From the IMG/VR virus record IMGVR_UViG_3300006103_001171: 51,901 nucleotides of DNA. The stretch is one strand, 5' to 3'. Shown here in pieces: positions 47,258-51,901 of this stretch (its first letter is position 1; each line of letters opens with the position of its first letter). A model generated the notes under the pieces. It was not told the DNA's origin and made no database searches. It saw only the letters and a list, made by a program, of their open reading frames with translations. This stretch comes from an uncultured virus (IMG/VR IMGVR_UViG_3300006103_001171). Its lineage: Duplodnaviria; Heunggongvirae; Uroviricota; Caudoviricetes. The translations under genes and the position numbers were made by a program.

Positions 47258-47886
47258 GGTGTTAATGACCCTAATTTGAAAGGTATAAACAACTAACGCT
47301 TGCAATGCAGTTCAGGTAGTGTTGGTGTTAATGACCCTAATTTGAAAGGTATAAACAACAGTATTATATAATTGTTGTTGCATTTGATGGTGTTAATGAC
47401 CCTAATTTGAAAGGTATAAACAACAGAGGTGTTCTAGCTTGACTTCACTAATATGGTGTTAATGACCCTAATTTGAAAGGTATAAACAACGGACTGGCAT
47501 CGTTAATGGTTGCTGGTCACGGTGTTAATGACCCTAATTTGAAAGGTATAAACAACAAAACTTTAATAGACCACTCTTAGGGTCTAGGTGTTAATAACCC
47601 TAATTTGAAAGGTATAAACAACCATAATATTATTTTTAATTCACCGCAATGTGGTGTTAATGACCCTAATTTGAAAGGTATAAACAACGGGTTGAGTTAA
47701 CTGGTCTGTTATTGTCATGGTGTTAATGACCCTAATTTGAAAGGTATAAACAACGAAACTGAACGTTTACTAAAAGACAAAGAAGGTGTTAATGACCCTA
47801 ATTTGAAAGGTATAAACAACGAGACTGAACATTTACTAAAAGACAAGGAAGGTGTTAATGACCCTAATTTGAAAGGTATAAACAAC
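47258..47886 (+). CRISPR. CRISPR array: 10 x 36-nt repeat GGTGTTAATGACCCTAATTTGAAAGGTATAAACAAC, 9 spacers (eight 30 nt, one 29 nt)
   Basis: repeats start at 47258, 47324, 47389, 47455, 47521, 47587 (one G>A change), 47653, 47719, 47785, 47851. Confidence 0.98.
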
Positions 47887-47937
47887 TTCGTCACTCAGGT
47901 ACGTATTTAATTTTTTTTAAAGTTTTTAGTGAAAAAA

Positions 47938-48016
47938 CTTGACAATTCAAAATAAGTTTGTATATTTGCATTGTAATTAAAAAATTTTACACTTTTTAAA
48001 AAAGTGACATATTTAT
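47938..48016 (+). promoter_or_regulatory. tandem host-type (TATATTTG 47961-47968) and phage-type (ATATTTAT 48009-48016) promoters for tRNA array 2
   Basis: shares AAAAAACTTGACAATTCAAAA with the array-1 promoter. Confidence 0.75.
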
Positions 48017-48047
48017 AACAAAAGGGAAACCCATAAACAAAAAGATA

Positions 48048-48131
48048 ATGATAAACGTTAACAACATATTTAATTTTAATTTTGAAGCAGCTGAGGCAGA
48101 TTTTAGCCATCAGAGGGTTGAGGTATTGTAG
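48048..48131 (+). CDS. leader peptide MINVNNIFNFNFEAAEADFSHQRVEVL (putative attenuator of tRNA array 2)
   Basis: hand translation; Ile/Asn/Phe/Glu/Ala/Asp-rich; followed by terminator. Confidence 0.8.
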   Translation: MINVNNIFNFNFEAAEADFSHQRVEVL

Positions 48132-48160
48132 TTAACGAATCGAAAGAAACATATTAAACG

Positions 48161-48191
48161 AAAGCCCTTAACCAAAAGTTAAGGGTTTTTT
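48161..48191 (+). terminator. intrinsic terminator / attenuator hairpin before tRNA array 2
   Basis: GCCCTTAAC-CAAAA-GTTAAGGGT then T-tract; 48116-48123 GGTTGAGG can pair with 5' arm. Confidence 0.85.
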
Positions 48192-48200
48192 ATTTATATT

Positions 48201-48271
48201 CGAGGTGTAGTTTAGTGGTAAAATGCCGCACTGTCTATGCGGTGTCACGATTTCGATTATCGTCATCTCGG
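48201..48271 (+). tRNA. tRNA-Asp(GTC)
   Basis: CCGCA-CTGTCTA-TGCGG; G73. Confidence 0.85.
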
Positions 48272-48273
48272 CA

Positions 48274-48358
48274 CGGAAAAAATTCCTAGGGATAGGAACT
48301 ATCTTGATAAAGATAAGTACTGCACGAATCATAATAAGTTCGAATCTTAATTTTCCGC
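48274..48358 (+). tRNA. degenerate/atypical tRNA-Ile(GAT)-like
   Basis: acceptor CGGAAAA/TTTTCCG; TATCT-TGATAA-AGATA (6-nt loop); TTCGAAT. Confidence 0.45.
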
Positions 48359-48398
48359 AACGGAGAATCACAACTCTAAAAAAAATGTGAAACTGGAG

Positions 48399-48471
48399 GG
48401 GGGGTCATGTACCAAGGCTGGCGAGAAATACTTGCAATATTTCTGGAAGATTTCAATTATCTTACTCTCCA
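48399..48471 (+). tRNA. tRNA-Ala(TGC)
   Basis: AAATA-CTTGCAA-TATTT; G3:U70 and A73. Confidence 0.8.
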
Positions 48472-48534
48472 CAGGTGTCACTGATATACTGACCGAGCAT
48501 GGGGATTAGTAATAATCCCTAGTATATCTAATAA

Positions 48535-48609
48535 GGTGCCGTAGCTGAGATGGTTTAGCGGTTGGTTGAAGCCCAGCGACTTACAAGGGTTCGATTCCCT
48601 TCGGTACCA
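48535..48609 (+). tRNA. tRNA-Phe(GAA)
   Basis: GTTGG-TTGAAGC-CCAGC; acceptor GGTGCCG/CGGTACC. Confidence 0.85.
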
Positions 48610-48666
48610 GATAGTCAATGTTAATCCACCTGCACGTTGGTGATTATCGCACACTAGGAATAGTGA

Positions 48667-49060
48667 CTAAGTGATTAACAAAGTTCTTTGATTTATGATA
48701 TTAGCAATAATATCAAGAAATTTTTTAGATGTATTTATTTTGAATTTTTGTTGAAATGATGTATCAATAATACATAAATCAATTTTATTTTCAATACATG
48801 ATTTAAATTTATTCTGGTCATTTATTTGTGTCTGGTTTAATTTATTAATACCGAAAATCGGTTCATAATGAAATATTCCATTCAATTCAAATGCTAAATT
48901 AAGTGACGGAATGTAGATGTCTAATTCAGAACCGATTGCATCCTTCTTATTATAGTCTATTTGTAGATTAGGGTAAAGAATTGTTAATTGTTCTTCAAGA
49001 TATATTTCGAGTTTAGAGCGTCTTGTGCCAGTTGTTTTATGTTTATTATAATTGTGAGTA
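48667..49060 (-). pseudogene. C-terminal remnant of PD-(D/E)XK/Vsr-like homing endonuclease
   Basis: SKLE...ELDIYIPSLNLAFELNGIFHY; no plausible start before it runs into tRNA-Glu antisense. Confidence 0.65.
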
Positions 49061-49074
49061 AATTGAATAAAAAT

Positions 49075-49160
49075 GCTATGGTCGACTAGTGGCTCAGGTC
49101 GCATCCCTTTCAAGGATGTGGGGAGAAATCCCCTCACGGGTTCGAATCCCGTCCATAGTA
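49075..49160 (+). tRNA. tRNA-Glu(TTC) with long variable arm
   Basis: CATCC-CTTTCAA-GGATG; variable hairpin GGGA-GAAA-TCCC. Confidence 0.85.
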
Positions 49161-49482
49161 CAAATGTTTTAGTTATGATTAAGCGAACAATTAGTGGTAG
49201 TTTTACTAATATGGTAAAACCTGACCCAAGTGTTATGAAAGATAGTGATTTTGATTTGTTATCGTTCTGATAGAACACTGGTTGTATTCACAATATGTAA
49301 GAGCGCATATACCAATTGCTGCTTTATGGGACAGAAAAGTTGAGGGGAAAGTTCGATTCTTTCGAAGGACACATTATTAACAAGTTAAAAAAAATGAGCG
49401 CAATGAAACAGCTGGACGCAATGTCACCAATCAGATAAGAGAAGAAAGAAAGGTTCTGATTGGTACGAGACAAACACGAAAA

Positions 49483-49875
49483 TTGAAGAAATATTCTGAT
49501 AACTTCAATACAATTTTTACTTTCTTTCTAAAGTCTTATAGGAGTGGTATATTAACATTTAGTGGTGTTGATGTTCCTGTTCATTATGACATAAATGGTC
49601 CTGAGGGTAAATTCACATTCCGAAAATTTGAGAATGGTGATTACGTTAAGGACATTATTACTTCATGTCACCCAAATATTATTAAGGGTGTAATAATTGC
49701 AAAAAAAAGTTGGGGGTTACACATAAAATTATGGAGCGAAGGTATTGCTGATTGGTGCTTTACCGAAGAAGAAATCCTGAAGCAATTCAGCGATAAGGGT
49801 ATTCTTATTCCTGAACCTCTTTTAAACGACTTCAAGAATCACGTAAATAAGGCTAAACAAAAAAGATATGAATAA
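49483..49875 (+). CDS. hypothetical protein (start uncertain)
   Basis: 130-aa ORF, TTG start. Confidence 0.6.
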   Translation: MKKYSDNFNTIFTFFLKSYRSGILTFSGVDVPVHYDINGPEGKFTFRKFENGDYVKDIITSCHPNIIKGVIIAKKSWGLHIKLWSEGIADWCFTEEEILKQFSDKGILIPEPLLNDFKNHVNKAKQKRYE

Positions 49876-49926
49876 TATTTGGTAATATCAAATAAAATCG
49901 TATATTTGCACTCTAAATTATAACAC

Positions 49927-50172
49927 ATGAAATTAATACACATTGTTGAAACGATTGATGAAAAAGTATCATCAATATTGTCTTTTCCTGTTAAGGATGA
50001 ATCAAAAGAAAAAGAAGTTGAAGAAGAAGTAAACGCTAAGTTTATTGAACTTATCAATCAATTTCAGTACCCAGCAACACTATCAGAGGATAGTGAAAAG
50101 CACTGGATACAACAAAAAATCTATCATCATAAAAATCATCTTCGTTTAGAAATCTCTTCATCACAAATATAA
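49927..50172 (+). CDS. hypothetical protein
   Basis: ORF after promoter. Confidence 0.6.
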   Translation: MKLIHIVETIDEKVSSILSFPVKDESKEKEVEEEVNAKFIELINQFQYPATLSEDSEKHWIQQKIYHHKNHLRLEISSSQI

Positions 50173-50182
50173 ATTATAAAAT

Positions 50183-50746
50183 ATGATACATACAATTGCC
50201 CATTTATTAGGTATTAAACTTGAAGGTTCTGAGTGTTCCGCCGAGATTGAAAAGAAAGTTGTTGAACAACTGGAGAAAGTTCCTTACATTCAATACCCGA
50301 CAGCTTTCCATACGGTAGACATCATTGCTACTCGTCAAGGTGAATCTGGTTTTGAATTGCTATTAGGTCGTAAACACAAATCCACTGAATGGGTTTTCAT
50401 TGGTGGTTTTGTTGAACCAAAACAAACAGCTGAAAGTGCTGCCTTGCGTGAATTACACGAAAAAACTAATATCCTTATCGAGAATGAATCAAGACTGGTT
50501 TATTTAGGTTCTCATTTCATTGATGATGCAAGATACAAGGATTCTTGTCATAAGATTTCAACCAGCCTATTTACAATTCAATTAACCGATGAAGAAGCTG
50601 CGCAAGCTAAAGGTGGTGACGATATTTCAGAAACCAAATGGCTTAAATTGGGTGAAATTGAAGTTAACTTAAAAGAACATCATAGAGTTTTGCTTTATAA
50701 GTTTTTAATTAGTACTTCAAAATGGCATCATTCACATAATCTTTAA
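50183..50746 (+). CDS. Nudix hydrolase, ADP-ribose pyrophosphatase-like
   Basis: TVD, GGFVE...AALRELHEKT, DDAR, GGDD. Confidence 0.8.
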   Translation: MIHTIAHLLGIKLEGSECSAEIEKKVVEQLEKVPYIQYPTAFHTVDIIATRQGESGFELLLGRKHKSTEWVFIGGFVEPKQTAESAALRELHEKTNILIENESRLVYLGSHFIDDARYKDSCHKISTSLFTIQLTDEEAAQAKGGDDISETKWLKLGEIEVNLKEHHRVLLYKFLISTSKWHHSHNL

Positions 50747-50804
50747 AAAAAAGATTTGTTAGTTCCAAATTAATTCGTATATTTGTATTCTAAAAAAAAA
50801 AATT

Positions 50805-51320
50805 ATGAACCCTGTTTGGCATTCTGAGTCATCCGTTAGACACTTTGGTGGAAAATTAGAGGATTATTTAAAAATTCATGAAAAAATGGATTGTCATAAA
50901 GCATATGTTTCTGATAATCGTGCGAGAGTACTTACACATACAATGTTTTGGGTTATCGAAGTTATGATACCAATATTTGGTTCGTATATAACCCTTGAAA
51001 GTGGTAGAAAAGTCTCTGTAAAGGATATATGTGAGCGACACATCCTAGAGGACTTTAAGATGAAATTTATCCCAACGCCACAAGATTTCATCCAAGAAAT
51101 GGACTTCAAGTCTTGGATGCAAAATGGTAACGGTGTTTGTCCATCGGCTGCAAAGCTTTATAAGGAATTAGTTCCAGAAGAAATTAAATCTGAGGAAGTT
51201 AAGCCTGAGAAACCTGAGATTAGAGTAGGTCGGCCATTTAGACCACTTCCAATGATTTTGGATGGTACTAAGCGTAATCGTGGTGGTCGTAGTGGTTATG
51301 AAAGTAAAATTTTAGATTAA
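50805..51320 (+). CDS. DUF6915-like phage protein
   Basis: MNP..HS.SS...FGG..EDY..IH..MD...ERHI.ED. Confidence 0.75.
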   Translation: MNPVWHSESSVRHFGGKLEDYLKIHEKMDCHKAYVSDNRARVLTHTMFWVIEVMIPIFGSYITLESGRKVSVKDICERHILEDFKMKFIPTPQDFIQEMDFKSWMQNGNGVCPSAAKLYKELVPEEIKSEEVKPEKPEIRVGRPFRPLPMILDGTKRNRGGRSGYESKILD

Positions 51321-51321
51321 T

Positions 51322-51630
51322 ATGACAATAAAAGAAAGATTCTCACCAGAGAACACGGAAGCCAAGCTCAGGGCTAAAATTGAGAAAAAATTCGGCAAAG
51401 AACACAATATCAAAACGGCTATCTTCAAGGCTGTTAGTGAGTACAATGACGAATACGATAACTACAACCCAATTCTTATCTTAATTGATAAGGACTTTAA
51501 TGAGGTTGACCATAACATTCAAGTTTTGGATTTATGTCCCGATATGGAAGACCAAGGTATTTTCGATGAAGAAAATAATTACGATTCATGGGAAACGTTA
51601 TCAGTTGAGGATTTAACCATTAAATTTTAA
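51322..51630 (+). CDS. acidic hypothetical protein
   Basis: 102-aa ORF. Confidence 0.65.
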   Translation: MTIKERFSPENTEAKLRAKIEKKFGKEHNIKTAIFKAVSEYNDEYDNYNPILILIDKDFNEVDHNIQVLDLCPDMEDQGIFDEENNYDSWETLSVEDLTIKF

Positions 51631-51901
51631 TAAACATTTAACTCCATTTACTTTTTTTGTGTTTATTGTATATTTATAGTACATCAATTTACAATGGATG
51701 AATTAGTTAAAAAATTTATAGGGGATAAATATAGGACTACTATTGACTTTGTATCTGTTATAGAATACCCAACATTAATTAATTATTCAAATTGGTAATT
51801 ATGACCCCCACCTCTATCTACACCTTCATCGCAAAGCGTGACGGGATACCAACTAGCGAGGCACTGATGCAAATGCAATTAGACCGCTATAAAAGATTAA
51901 T

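Noticed and set aside
47500..47510. 11-nt match TCGTTAATGGT between spacer 4 and the tracr region (47220-47230)
   Set aside because: Short, not at the PAM-proximal end, plausibly chance; no full self-target noticed by eye (not exhaustively searched)
48667..49278. 203-aa ORF as a full-length gene
   Set aside because: Its N-terminal third is antisense to tRNA-Glu; only the nuclease tail looks real
49330..49373. T-arm-like GAAAG-TTCGATT-CTTTC
   Set aside because: No matching acceptor or anticodon arm; at most a tRNA fragment
2292..51109. Many 60-145-aa antisense ORFs overlapping identified genes
   Set aside because: Shadow frames of AT-rich coding sequence with no motifs or promoters
1..51901. 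Genome-wide TAG reassignment (code 15) suggested by the suppressor tRNA
   Set aside because: Long genes are intact in code 11 and several end at TAG at their expected C-termini (sigma, pnuC)

Overview
AT-rich segment of a large (jumbo-type) phage that most likely infects a Bacteroidota host. Host assignment rests on many TTTG..TAnnTTTG (-33/-7) promoters, a Bacteroidota-type primary-sigma homologue, a TonB-dependent receptor and a lipoprotein. It carries a translation/RNA-maintenance kit (about 15 tRNA or tRNA-like genes, SmpB, RNase R, CCA-adding enzyme, Pth2, CsaA/Trbp, YqeY), a TBDR-PnuC-NadR NAD-salvage module, an OmpA/ABC-transporter module, UvsE, and a compact type V CRISPR locus (430-aa Cas12f-like nuclease, tracrRNA, 10 repeats/9 spacers, no cas1/cas2 in the window). 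It also holds about nine mobile endonuclease cassettes (5 HNH, GIY-YIG, Vsr-like, a remnant, TnpB) and several gene remnants. Most striking: both tRNA arrays lie behind an unannotated leader peptide plus antiterminator/terminator, and each leader is enriched in the amino acids served by its own downstream tRNAs. This looks like ribosome-mediated attenuation that switches on phage tRNAs when the matching host tRNAs fail. There is also an amber-suppressor tRNA directly upstream of a Pth2 gene interrupted by TAG at codon 4, and a tRNA-Arg-like RNA with a structured 140-nt insert. All calls are by eye; no searches or folding programs were run.
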